NCBI GenBank assembly: GCA_013335935.1 | Contig: JAAXUP010000009.1 | Coordinates: forward strand, 1-44,287 | Reading direction: 5' to 3' | DNA length: 44,287 bases | DNA from: Eubacteriaceae bacterium | Lineage (GTDB): Bacteria > Bacillota > Clostridia > Eubacteriales > Alkalibacteraceae | Part shown: positions 18,808-27,745 of the stretch, piece by piece | Layout of the letters: each line of letters opens with the position of its first letter | How positions within the stretch are numbered: the first letter of the stretch is position 1 | Program-made: the position numbers and the translations under genes | Notes under the pieces: model-generated | What the model was told of the DNA's origin: nothing | Seen by the model: the letters and a program-made list of their open reading frames with translations, nothing else | Databases searched by the model: none

Positions 18808-19548
18808 ATGAAACTTTTTGAAATTGACTTGAAAAAAATCGGCCGTATTATTGACGTCAGTGCTGTGCGCACCGACGTGACCATGGATGAGGTCGACAAA
18901 ATGATTGAAATCGTCAAGAAGTACAACTGCGTTTGCGCAAGCCCCATGCCCTGGATCACAAAATATACCCTGGACAAGCTGAAGGATACACCGGATGCCG
19001 TGGTCACAGGTGTGGTTTCCTTCCCTGGAGGTGGGGAAACCACCTTTATTAAAGTGGCCACAGCAAAAGACATGATTTCTCTTGGTTGCAGGGAACTGGA
19101 TATGGTAATGAACGTCAGTGCACTCAAATCCGGAATGTACGACCTGGTCAGAGACGATATGAAAGCTGTGGTGGATGCTGCGGGAGATGTCCCGGTAAAA
19201 TCGATCCTGGAGATTTGCTATCTGACTGAGGACGAGATTAAAAGAGGAAGCGAGCTCGCAGTGGAAGCAGGGATCACTTTTGTTAAAACGGGAACTGGCT
19301 GGGGGCCTAAGCCCACTACCGTGGATACCATCAAACTAATCAAATCCGTTATCGGGAATTCCGCCTACATCAAAGCTGCGGGTGGCGTGAGGGATTTGGA
19401 TACGCTCCTGGAGATGAGAGAGGCCGGCTGCGACCGATTCGGCATTGGTGTTCGCTCAGCTCTGACCATTCTCAGCGAGGCCTACTCCCGCGCCGGAATC
19501 ATAACAAAAGATAGTTCGGAAGGAGTCAGCCAAACTGATTTATATTAG
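18808..19548 (+). CDS. Deoxyribose-phosphate aldolase family (DeoC-like class I aldolase)
   Basis: Pattern consistent with the DeoC Schiff-base Lys region, IKAAGGVRD. GGAGGG RBS. Confidence 0.65.
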   Translation: MKLFEIDLKKIGRIIDVSAVRTDVTMDEVDKMIEIVKKYNCVCASPMPWITKYTLDKLKDTPDAVVTGVVSFPGGGETTFIKVATAKDMISLGCRELDMVMNVSALKSGMYDLVRDDMKAVVDAAGDVPVKSILEICYLTEDEIKRGSELAVEAGITFVKTGTGWGPKPTTVDTIKLIKSVIGNSAYIKAAGGVRDLDTLLEMREAGCDRFGIGVRSALTILSEAYSRAGIITKDSSEGVSQTDLY

Positions 19549-19594
19549 AACATCCGCATTATTGCATAATGAGATTTGGAGAGGTGATTCATAA

Positions 19595-20419
19595 ATGGAA
19601 AAGAAATTATCAGGGAAGGTTGCCCTCGTGACTGGCGCCGCCCGGGGAATAGGTCGGGAATATGCCTTAAGACTAGCCAAGTTAGGCGCAGATGTAGTCA
19701 TAACCGATATCGATCTTTCGGCGGGTATCTATAAAGAAACTGACATTTCCGCCTCAACCGTCAAAGAAGAGCTGGAACTTTTGGGTGTTAAAGCACTGGA
19801 ATTTCAAGGAGACGGAACCGATGAGTCGTTTGTAAAGGAAGTGATTCGCACCACTCAGGATCAGTTGGGAAGGCTCGATATCCTGATCAATAACATTGGC
19901 GGGACAGGTGGTGCAGGGCCTGGACTTTCCACAGAGATGTCGGTAGAAAAGTTTCGAAAGGTGATCGATATCAATCTTGTAACCACCTTTATCTATTCCA
20001 AATACGCTGCTCAAATCATGAAAGAACAAAAAAGCGGAAAAATCATCAATGTAGCCTCTGTCGCTGCTTTCGTACCCCTCTTTGTTGTACAGCCACACTA
20101 CGCAGCAGGTAAAGCCGCCGTGATTTCTCTGACGAAGACGATGGCTTTGGAACTGGCCCCTTACGGTGTGACGGTCAATGCCATCGCGCCTGGTTACATT
20201 GGCACCGTTAAATGGGATACTCACTTTCAAAGTCAAATGGACGAACTGGTACGGAAGGTTCCTCTGGGCAGAATTGGAACCACAGAAGACTGTGCAAAGG
20301 TCATCGAATTTTTGGCAACGGATTTGTCCGACTATCTTACTGGACAAACCATTTTAGTTGATGGCGGTCTGCTGGAACTCAATCCCTCATCGGTCAGCAC
20401 AGAAACCTATCACGTATGA
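19595..20419 (+). CDS. SDR-family oxidoreductase
   Basis: TGAARGIG cofactor motif and a YxxxK catalytic pair (YAAGK). Confidence 0.8.
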   Translation: MEKKLSGKVALVTGAARGIGREYALRLAKLGADVVITDIDLSAGIYKETDISASTVKEELELLGVKALEFQGDGTDESFVKEVIRTTQDQLGRLDILINNIGGTGGAGPGLSTEMSVEKFRKVIDINLVTTFIYSKYAAQIMKEQKSGKIINVASVAAFVPLFVVQPHYAAGKAAVISLTKTMALELAPYGVTVNAIAPGYIGTVKWDTHFQSQMDELVRKVPLGRIGTTEDCAKVIEFLATDLSDYLTGQTILVDGGLLELNPSSVSTETYHV

Positions 20420-20438
20420 TCAAGACAGCTCTCAGCAA

Positions 20439-20472
20439 CAGCCCGGGTTTAGGATCCCAGGCTGTTTTTTTT
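20439..20472 (+). terminator. Rho-independent terminator
   Basis: cagcccggg...cccaggctg followed by T8. Confidence 0.7.
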
Positions 20473-20551
20473 AATTGCACTCGTTTAAGATTAGATTAAG
20501 TGTTTTGCCTTATGATACCTTTAAACGATCATAGTACCAGGAGGTATGGCA

Positions 20552-21277
20552 ATGTCCATAAAGACTTTTAAGCGTGTGGAGAAAAAATTTCTGCTGAGTG
20601 AATCTCAATTCAAGGCGATCCTCCCTGAATTATTAGAGTATTTGATACCTGATGAACACTGCCTGAACGGGCAAGACTACGCTATCAATAATATCTACTT
20701 CGACACGAAAGATTCTGCCATCATCCGGCATTCCCTGTCCAAACCAGATTATAAGGACAAACTCAGACTTCGAAGCTATGGCAATCCCACATCCCAGGAA
20801 AGCATCGTTTTTCTCGAGTTGAAAAAGAAAGTTACCGGTATTGTAGGAAAACGACGGGCAGTAATGACGCTTGGAGAAGCTTCCGCATTTCTGGAGCAGG
20901 GGACTCTTCCCAATCCCTCCGACTACCTTACTGACCAGGTCCTAAAAGAAATATCGTATTTTCTGACGCTTTACGATGTTCATCCTACTGCCTTTATCGG
21001 CTATGATCGGACTGCCTTCTTCGGGCGAGACGATAGTCACCTTCGCATCACCTTCGACCGGAACATCAATACCCGAAGAGATGACCTGCTCCTGGAGAAT
21101 GGCAGCTATGGAACCCCGCTTCTCCAAAGGGGTGAAGTCCTGATGGAAGTAAAATCCGCTGGAGCTTTTCCTGTCTGGATGACAAAACTTCTTTCGGCTA
21201 ACCGGATTTATACAACCAGCTTCTCCAAATATGGGAAAGAATATATGAAGAAGCTCCATTTAGATCAGATGATATAA
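20552..21277 (+). CDS. VTC-domain (polyphosphate-polymerase-like, CYTH fold) protein
   Basis: N-terminal pattern KRVEKKFLLSESQF...NNIYFDT, typical of the VTC domain. Confidence 0.6.
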   Translation: MSIKTFKRVEKKFLLSESQFKAILPELLEYLIPDEHCLNGQDYAINNIYFDTKDSAIIRHSLSKPDYKDKLRLRSYGNPTSQESIVFLELKKKVTGIVGKRRAVMTLGEASAFLEQGTLPNPSDYLTDQVLKEISYFLTLYDVHPTAFIGYDRTAFFGRDDSHLRITFDRNINTRRDDLLLENGSYGTPLLQRGEVLMEVKSAGAFPVWMTKLLSANRIYTTSFSKYGKEYMKKLHLDQMI

Positions 21278-21304
21278 ACATTCTAAAGAAAGGGGTGATA
21301 AACT

Positions 21305-21994
21305 ATGCTGGAAACCCTGTTATCTTCCGCTGCTAGTGATACCCTTACCATTGAAAAAACACTTACCATCGTCGCAGCGTCCCTCATACTGGGCTTTGCT
21401 ATCAGCCTGGTTTACATCTTCACTCATAAAAAAGAAGGGTATTCTCCATCCTTTACGGTTACACTGATCATGCTGCCCTCGATCATCGCCATTGTCATCT
21501 TATTGATCGGAAATAATGTGGCAAGGGCTTTTAGTCTGGCCGGTGCATTTTCCCTGATACGATTCAGAAGCGCACCAGGAGATCCAAAGGATATCGCCTA
21601 TGTGTTTTTCACACTTGCGGTGGGTCTGGCCTGCGGTATGGGATATGTGGGATATGGAGCACTCTTTACACTGATTCTATGTGGCGTCATGGTTTTACTC
21701 AGCAGCACCCAATATTCCCGTCCAAAAAATTCCATGATGACGCTGAAGATCACCATTCCCGAAGATTTGAACTACATGGACCTTTTTGACGATATTTTTC
21801 CGAAATATACCGATTCCTGGCAGCTGCATCGGGTAAAAACCTGTGATTTCGGAACGCTGTTCAACGTTTCATACCGTATAAAACTGAAAGAGAGCTCAAG
21901 CCATAAAGATTTTCTGGATGAGCTCCGGTGCCGCAATGGCAATCTGGATATCGTGCTCACGCTGGCAGAGTTTGAAGACAAGGCGTACCTATAA
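21305..21994 (+). CDS. DUF4956-family membrane protein (common partner of VTC-domain proteins)
   Basis: N-terminal transmembrane segments plus a conserved cytoplasmic C-terminal domain. Immediately downstream of the VTC gene. Confidence 0.55.
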   Translation: MLETLLSSAASDTLTIEKTLTIVAASLILGFAISLVYIFTHKKEGYSPSFTVTLIMLPSIIAIVILLIGNNVARAFSLAGAFSLIRFRSAPGDPKDIAYVFFTLAVGLACGMGYVGYGALFTLILCGVMVLLSSTQYSRPKNSMMTLKITIPEDLNYMDLFDDIFPKYTDSWQLHRVKTCDFGTLFNVSYRIKLKESSSHKDFLDELRCRNGNLDIVLTLAEFEDKAYL

Positions 21995-22104
21995 ATCCTT
22001 AATATAGATAATTCTATTGCCAAAATCATCTTAGTATACTAACATTAATGAATAGTCATCATTTTGAAGACTTGTACTTTAGTTAATACAAAGGAGGTCT
22101 ATAC

Positions 22105-22578
22105 ATGAGCAACATATTTTTCAAATTTAATGATTTTAATTGGGATGGTATCACGAAGATCGACTATAAGCCCGCAGATGGAGAAGGTCCTGTGACCTTC
22201 AACGAAACCACAAGGCAAAATCTTGTGGAGAATGAAGCTGATACCGCCTTCCATTTACGATATTTCGAATGCGCCAAAGGTGGATTTTCCACACTGGAGA
22301 AGCATCAGCATGTACATGTGGTCGTCATTGCCAGAGGAAAAGGCAAGATCATTGTCAACGATCAGATTTTCGATGCTAACCCCATGGATCTTATCGTTGT
22401 ACCGCCTCATGCCAGTCATCAACTTATTAATACGGAAGATGAGCCCTTTGGATTCTTCTGCACGGTGGATGCTGAAAGAGATAAATTCTCTCTTCTGACC
22501 AAGGAAGAAATTATGAGTTTGAAAGAAAATCCTGAAATAGCAGCCTATATCCAGGTTCCAGAGAAATATTTCAACTAA
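22105..22578 (+). CDS. Cupin-domain protein
   Basis: Cupin motifs (HQHVHVVVIARGKG...VPPHASHQLIN). Confidence 0.65.
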   Translation: MSNIFFKFNDFNWDGITKIDYKPADGEGPVTFNETTRQNLVENEADTAFHLRYFECAKGGFSTLEKHQHVHVVVIARGKGKIIVNDQIFDANPMDLIVVPPHASHQLINTEDEPFGFFCTVDAERDKFSLLTKEEIMSLKENPEIAAYIQVPEKYFN

Positions 22579-22602
22579 CATTATATGTATAACCCACCTA
22601 CA

Positions 22603-22645
22603 AAAGAAGCGCCGGAGATGACTTTCTCCAGCGCTTCTTTTATAT
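22603..22645. terminator. Bidirectional terminator
   Basis: 14-bp stem aagaagcgccggag/ctccagcgcttctt. Confidence 0.75.
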
Positions 22646-22648
22646 CTC

Positions 22649-22888
22649 CTATTTACTGTTTTCAATGTGCTTTGCGATTTCCTTTGGTTTTAAAACTTTT
22701 CCATAGGAAACTACCTTTTCGTCAATGACAAGGGCTGGCGTTGACATCACTCCGTAGGCCATGATGTCCTGAAATTCTGTAACCTTTACGATTTCTGCCT
22801 CAAGGCCCAGTTCTTTAAGCGCCTCTTTTGTATTGTCTGTTAAGGTGTTGCAATTTTTACAGCCTGACCCTAAAATTTTAATGATCAT
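22649..22888 (-). CDS. Thioredoxin-fold redox-active disulfide protein 2 family
   Basis: MIIKILGSGCKNC with a CxxC motif. 79 aa. Typical partner of DUF318 permeases. Confidence 0.75.
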   Translation of the reverse strand: MIIKILGSGCKNCNTLTDNTKEALKELGLEAEIVKVTEFQDIMAYGVMSTPALVIDEKVVSYGKVLKPKEIAKHIENSK

Positions 22889-22915
22889 TATTATTCACTC
22901 CAGTTCTTCTATTAT

Positions 22916-23920
22916 TTAGAGAAAAAGATAGCCAAAAGCATTGAAGCTATATCCAATGATGATAATTCCCAGGGTCACCGTTCCGGCGAAAATCACCAGA
23001 AGTTTGGTCTTCACAACCTTTTTAAGCATGATCATGGATGGCAGCGAAAGTGCGGTAACCGCCATCATGAAAGAAAGTGCTGTTCCCAGTCCTACTCCTT
23101 TTAGTACCAGGGCTTCTGCAATGGGAAGTGTCCCAAAAATATCAGCATACATGGGGACTCCAACCAGGGTCGCCAGCAGGACCGAGTACCATTTATCCTG
23201 GCCAAGGACAGCAGAAATCACACTTTCAGGGATCCAGTTGTGTATGAGTGCTCCGATTCCAACGCCAATAAGGATATACAGCCATACCTTCTTAATGATA
23301 CTCAGTACCTGTTCCTTGCCGAATTCCATTCGGTCTCTTCTGGTGAGACTTTCCTGAGCCACTTCCATTACCTTACTGCCGTACACGAAGGGTTCAACAT
23401 ACTTCTCCAGTTTGGCCAAACTGATCACGGTCCCTCCTGCCACCGCAAGGATAAGACCTACCACTACATAGGCGATGGCGATCTTCCAATTGAAGATACT
23501 AGCCAGTAGGAGTACCGAGGCCAGATCCACCAATGGCGAGGAGATCAGGAATGAAAAGGTGACCCCGATTGGCAGCCCGGCACTTGTAAACCCGATAAAC
23601 AAAGGGATGGAGGAACAGGAGCAAAAAGGTGTGATGGTTCCCAGCAGCGCTCCCAGGATATTTGCGGTTATCCCGTTGAATCTTCCCAGTATCTTCCGTG
23701 TCCTCTCTGGAGGGAAATAACTCTGAATGTAGGAGATACAAAAGATAAGTATGGAGAGCAGGATAAATATTTTAACCACATCGTAGATAAAAAAATGGAT
23801 GCTGCCTCCCAAGGGCTCTGAAATTTTTAGTCCGAATACATTCTCTACCAGTTGCTTGACCATATCGTACAGCCATTGCATTTTTAATAGCTGGTTGTTT
23901 AACCAAGTAAATAAATCCAA
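22916..23920 (-). CDS. DUF318/ArsP-like permease
   Basis: Polytopic membrane protein with the TPFCSCSSIP motif. Confidence 0.7.
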   Translation of the reverse strand: MDLFTWLNNQLLKMQWLYDMVKQLVENVFGLKISEPLGGSIHFFIYDVVKIFILLSILIFCISYIQSYFPPERTRKILGRFNGITANILGALLGTITPFCSCSSIPLFIGFTSAGLPIGVTFSFLISSPLVDLASVLLLASIFNWKIAIAYVVVGLILAVAGGTVISLAKLEKYVEPFVYGSKVMEVAQESLTRRDRMEFGKEQVLSIIKKVWLYILIGVGIGALIHNWIPESVISAVLGQDKWYSVLLATLVGVPMYADIFGTLPIAEALVLKGVGLGTALSFMMAVTALSLPSMIMLKKVVKTKLLVIFAGTVTLGIIIIGYSFNAFGYLFL

Positions 23921-23924
23921 ATAA

Positions 23925-24293
23925 TTACCTCCTCAGCATTTCTTCCTGAAATGTCTGTTTTTTCTCTGCCTTAGTACCGATGCTGTTAAGAAGCTCCTGA
24001 ATATTGTTAAGCCTTTCTGCATGGATGGAATATTTCATCCAAATTCCATCTTTTCTTCCCTTAACTAAGCCGCTTTCAATCAGGATCTTCATATGGTACG
24101 AAAGTGTGGGCTGTGTGATCTGAAATTTCTCAAGGATATTGCAGGCGCAGAGTTCACCCTCAGTAAGCATGGTAAATATCCTCAGCCTTGTCTCATCGGA
24201 AAGCGCCTTAAAAAGATGGGCATACCCTGTATATTCTTTTTCCACTTTTTCACCTCTGGTCTTATTCCGCCCAATGCATAAATGCTTATGCAT
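23925..24293 (-). CDS. ArsR/SmtB-family metalloregulator
   Basis: HTH ELCACNILEKFQITQPTLSYHMKIL, where the CAC may form a metal-binding site. Start at the first ATG (MHKH...), which lies inside the palindrome. Confidence 0.75.
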   Translation of the reverse strand: MHKHLCIGRNKTRGEKVEKEYTGYAHLFKALSDETRLRIFTMLTEGELCACNILEKFQITQPTLSYHMKILIESGLVKGRKDGIWMKYSIHAERLNNIQELLNSIGTKAEKKQTFQEEMLRR

Positions 24294-24338
24294 AGACAAC
24301 TCTCTATATGTAGTTTATCTCACACATAGAGAGTTGTC
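24274..24338. promoter_or_regulatory. Candidate ArsR operator(s): 20-bp palindrome ATGCATAAatgcTTATGCAT, plus a 13-bp perfect inverted repeat GACAACTCTCTAT-N18-ATAGAGAGTTGTC that overlaps the arsR -35 (TTGACA) and start codon
   Basis: Seen directly in the divergent arsR/sigma-54-regulator intergenic region. Confidence 0.5.
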
Positions 24339-24449
24339 AATATGTATCCATTTGTTTTTTATGTTTCTTGCTATCGGTTAACAACTTTTTTCACTGGATT
24401 ACCAGAAATCATGTATTATTAAGGTATAACGACTGTTGGGAGGGATCAT

Positions 24450-25844
24450 ATGTCTAAAGATTGTGATACGCGGTTTAACGACCTGCTTCTGGAGGTTGAA
24501 GCGATAATGGAGTCAACTCCAGACGGACTTTATACTACTGACGCAAAAGGCAATATTTTAAGGTTCAACAGTATGCTGGGAAGAATTCTGGGAATCGACA
24601 CCTCTGTGCTTGCAGGAAACAGTCTTAAGGAACTTAAAGAGAAGGGCTGCTATCCAGAAAATGTAGCCCTCATGAGCATCGAGCAGAAAAAAAGCATTAC
24701 CCTGACTCAGGAGCTCCCAGATGGCAGACATGTGATCATATCTTCTTACCCGATTTTCAGAGACAGCGAAGTGGCTTTCACGGTAACCAAAATTCGGGAC
24801 ATGGACGAGCTCAGCCAAATGCAGGACGAGCTGGAAGCCTTTAAGCGTCTATCCAGCAATTATTACAATGAATTGAAGTTGCTGCGAAAAAGAGCGACTG
24901 AAAGCGGAGAGGTTGTTGTCCAAAGCGAAGCCATGAAAAATGTAGCGGATATCGCCTACCGCATCGCTTCTGTTGACACAACGGTCCTTTTATTTGGAGA
25001 ATCAGGGACCGGCAAGGAAGTCATCGCGAAAATCATCCATACGGAAAGCAAAAGAAATGAAGGCCCTTTCATTAAAATCAACTGCGGCGCCATACCAGAA
25101 AATCTATTGGAGTCGGAGCTTTTTGGATATGCCGAAGGATCCTTTACTGGCGCTGGAAAAGGAGGCAAGCCAGGTTTGCTGGAAGTCGCCAATGGGGGCA
25201 CTCTCCTTCTTGACGAAATCGGGGATCTTCCTCTTTCGCTTCAGGTCAAACTTCTGAGGGTACTTCAGGATCAGGAATACTACCGGATTGGCGATATCAA
25301 ACCAACCAGAACAGATATCAGAATCATCGCAGCCACAAACCGCAATCTGCTTGAAATGGTGAAGTCCGGAAATTTCAGGGAAGACCTTTATTACAGGCTG
25401 AATGTGGTGCAGATCATCATTCCTCCTCTTCGGGAGAGGATCGAAGATATCATTCCCCTGATCTATAATTTTCTGAAAAAATACAATCAAAAATATAATT
25501 TCAACAAGGATATCAATTCCGATGTTGTGGATGAACTCCTCACCTACTCCTGGCCGGGGAATGTCAGAGAGCTGGAAAACACCATAGAAAACATGCTCGT
25601 ACTGAGTCCAAATCATACCATTGAAAAAAGTGCTTTACCAAAAAACATCTTCAAGGATCATGAAGCTGGTTACAATATTCAGTCTCCTAAGGACAAGTCG
25701 AGCCTTGAATTTATGGTGAATAACTTTGAAAAGAAATTGATTGAGAATGCCCTGGCTGAATACGGAAATATGAGCGCTGCTGCTAAAGCCCTTGGCCTCC
25801 ACCGTACTACCCTTGCAAGAAAACTTCACAGGAATCGCAGTTGA
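24450..25844 (+). CDS. Sigma-54-dependent transcriptional activator (PAS sensor, AAA+ sigma-54 interaction domain, Fis-type HTH)
   Basis: Walker A GESGTGKE, GAFTGA, and a C-terminal HTH (AAAKALGLHRTTLARKL). Confidence 0.85.
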   Translation: MSKDCDTRFNDLLLEVEAIMESTPDGLYTTDAKGNILRFNSMLGRILGIDTSVLAGNSLKELKEKGCYPENVALMSIEQKKSITLTQELPDGRHVIISSYPIFRDSEVAFTVTKIRDMDELSQMQDELEAFKRLSSNYYNELKLLRKRATESGEVVVQSEAMKNVADIAYRIASVDTTVLLFGESGTGKEVIAKIIHTESKRNEGPFIKINCGAIPENLLESELFGYAEGSFTGAGKGGKPGLLEVANGGTLLLDEIGDLPLSLQVKLLRVLQDQEYYRIGDIKPTRTDIRIIAATNRNLLEMVKSGNFREDLYYRLNVVQIIIPPLRERIEDIIPLIYNFLKKYNQKYNFNKDINSDVVDELLTYSWPGNVRELENTIENMLVLSPNHTIEKSALPKNIFKDHEAGYNIQSPKDKSSLEFMVNNFEKKLIENALAEYGNMSAAAKALGLHRTTLARKLHRNRS

Positions 25845-25859
25845 AACGCTCCGAAAATA

Positions 25860-25974
25860 GTGCATATGCGCACTACCTCCGTGCGTAATTGCACAGCAAC
25901 GTAATACGTAGGTTTCAGAACCCTGTCATGTCTTTCGTCCTGCGTCTGATCAAAGCTTACGTGCATTATTGCAC
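25860..25974 (+). promoter_or_regulatory. Three GTGC-N6-GCAC dyads (25860-25873, 25881-25894, 25961-25974). Candidate enhancer (UAS) sites for the adjacent sigma-54 activator.
   Basis: Seen directly. They lie 75-190 bp upstream of the -24/-12 element. Confidence 0.45.
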
Positions 25975-26010
25975 ACACCCTTGCATTCCTGTTGATTTCA
26001 CGATCCCCTG

Positions 26011-26040
26011 AAAGCCTGTATCACCAGGCTTTTTTTATTT
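26011..26040 (+). terminator. Terminator for the regulator gene
   Basis: aagcctgta tcac caggctt followed by T7. Confidence 0.65.
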
Positions 26041-26049
26041 TTCATAAAA

Positions 26050-26066
26050 TTTAGACATACGGCATG
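26050..26066 (+). promoter_or_regulatory. Sigma-54 promoter: GGCATG-N5-TTGCA (-24 GG, -12 GC)
   Basis: cGGCATGATACTTGCAtt matches the consensus TGGCACG-N4-TTGCW. It lies ~70 nt upstream of the RLP start. Confidence 0.7.
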
Positions 26067-26132
26067 ATACTTGCATTAACTATATGCAGGCAGGGTATGA
26101 ATTGATTGAAAAGATTAAAGGAGATGTTGATT

Positions 26133-27446
26133 ATGTATTATGATCCCATTATGTTCAACTGTATGGAAGGACTTGATATTGAGGAGCATATGATAGCCAC
26201 CTATTATATGCGAGCGGAAATGCCTGTAGAAGCCATCAAATTCGCTCAGGCAATCGCCGCAGAACAGGCTACCGGAACCTGGCTGAATGTTCCCTTTGAA
26301 ACAGCCGAAGTACGAAAAAAACATGGCGCAAAAGTAATAGGTATCTACGAGGTCCCCGCTTATGACAGGGAACTTCCCAAGAACCTGGAATACAGAGATT
26401 TCATCATTAAAATCGCCTTCCCTAATGTAAATATCGGGAATAATTTCCCCATGATTTTCACCACCCTGATTGGAAACATCTCTGCAGGGCGGATCAAGCT
26501 GGTGGATATCGAATTTTCGAAAAAATATCTGGAGAATTTCAAAGGTCCGAAATTCGGAATCGACGGCCTCCGGAAGTATCTGGAGATCCCAGACAGACCT
26601 CTCACCCTTGCCATGATCAAGCCCGATGTCGGCTGGACCCCTGAGCAAGGCGGCATTATGGCATATCAGGCCTTCTCAGGAGGAATCGATATCATAAAAG
26701 ATGATGAGCTTGTCGTTGGAGACTCAGATTTTTGTCCATTGACCGCGCGTGTCAAAAAAATAATGGAAGCTGCAAAAAAAGCCGAGGAAGAAACCGGCGA
26801 GAAAAAAATGTACACGCCAAATATCACTGATGATGTCTCCAGACTTAAAGACAACGCCTATAGAGCCCTTGATGCCGGGGCCAACGCCTTGATGATCAAT
26901 ACCTACACTGTAGGATTTTCCGCCTTCAGGATGATCGCAGACGATCCAAACATCAAGGTCCCAATCCTATCCCATCCGGACTACGCAGCCGCCCAATCCT
27001 ACGCTCAGGATACAGGCGTTGCCATCTATCTCCTATGGGGCAAACTGGTGAGAATGGCTGGAGCCGATCTTGCCGTTACCACGAATTATCATGGGAAGAT
27101 TCCCGTTATGAAGGATAGATATATCCAAAGCTGCATCGCTCTTACCATGCCCTTTGGTAAATTGAAACGATGCTTCCCCGCTCCCGGAGGAGGAGTATAT
27201 CAGGGGATCGTTCCAGAGACTATTGACGAAATCGGCAAAGATGTGATACTTGCTGCCGGCGGAGCTGTCCATGGACATCCTATGGGTGCCGTCGCTGGTG
27301 GAAAATCTCTGAGACAGGCTATCGATTCGGTTATGGAAGGCGTCAATATCCGGGAATACGCAAAGGACAAGCCTGAGCTGCAGGCTGCAATAGACGCTTG
27401 GGGAATCTCTAATGAGAAGGAAGATCTCTTCGATATGAAGAAATAA
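26133..27446 (+). CDS. RuBisCO-like protein (form IV RuBisCO large-subunit family)
   Basis: GGIDIIKDDE aligns with RuBisCO GGLDFTKDDE, and MIKPDVGW with KPKLG (K177 replaced by D). TIM-barrel C-terminal domain. Start at MYYDP, preceded by an AAGGAGA RBS. Confidence 0.75.
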   Translation: MYYDPIMFNCMEGLDIEEHMIATYYMRAEMPVEAIKFAQAIAAEQATGTWLNVPFETAEVRKKHGAKVIGIYEVPAYDRELPKNLEYRDFIIKIAFPNVNIGNNFPMIFTTLIGNISAGRIKLVDIEFSKKYLENFKGPKFGIDGLRKYLEIPDRPLTLAMIKPDVGWTPEQGGIMAYQAFSGGIDIIKDDELVVGDSDFCPLTARVKKIMEAAKKAEEETGEKKMYTPNITDDVSRLKDNAYRALDAGANALMINTYTVGFSAFRMIADDPNIKVPILSHPDYAAAQSYAQDTGVAIYLLWGKLVRMAGADLAVTTNYHGKIPVMKDRYIQSCIALTMPFGKLKRCFPAPGGGVYQGIVPETIDEIGKDVILAAGGAVHGHPMGAVAGGKSLRQAIDSVMEGVNIREYAKDKPELQAAIDAWGISNEKEDLFDMKK

Positions 27447-27449
27447 CAT

Positions 27450-27478
27450 TTGACTTGACGTTCGTTTTCAACTATAAT
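27450..27478 (+). promoter_or_regulatory. SigmaA promoter: TTGACT, 17-nt spacer, TATAAT
   Basis: Seen directly. It begins at the RLP stop codon and drives the riboswitch transcript. Confidence 0.6.
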
Positions 27479-27495
27479 AAACAAAAATATACAAG

Positions 27496-27655
27496 GTTAT
27501 AGGTGCTCTTAAAGAGAGAATAGGGAATCAGGTGTAAATCCTGAACGGGCCCGCCACTGTAACAGGTTAGTGTATGCCATTGCCACTCATTGTTCGGGGA
27601 AGGCGGCATATGCAACGATCCTTAAGTCAGGAGACCTGCCTATAACTTGAATGAT
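27496..27655 (+). promoter_or_regulatory. Cobalamin (B12) riboswitch
   Basis: Matches the cobalamin riboswitch core AGGGAAtcaGGTGtAAATCCtgaACGGGCCCGCCACTGTAA and the B12 box GTCAGGAGACCTGCC. Confidence 0.85.
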
Positions 27656-27693
27656 CTGTCCCGAGTCAGGATGGAGATTTGTGAGGATGTTGG

Positions 27694-27728
27694 AAAGTCC
27701 ACGCTTTTATAAGCGTGGACTTTTTTGT
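27694..27728 (+). terminator. Riboswitch expression-platform terminator
   Basis: aaagtccacgctt ttat aagcgtggacttt followed by T6, immediately before the RBS of the first gene. Confidence 0.75.
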
Positions 27729-27745
27729 GTGAGAGGAATGACGAA

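Noticed and set aside
25981-26005. A second TTGCA element (cacccTTGCATTcc) as an alternative -12 box
   Set aside because: There is no GG dinucleotide at the correct -24 spacing, and it lies upstream of the terminator. The GGCATG-N5-TTGCA at 26051 fits the consensus exactly.
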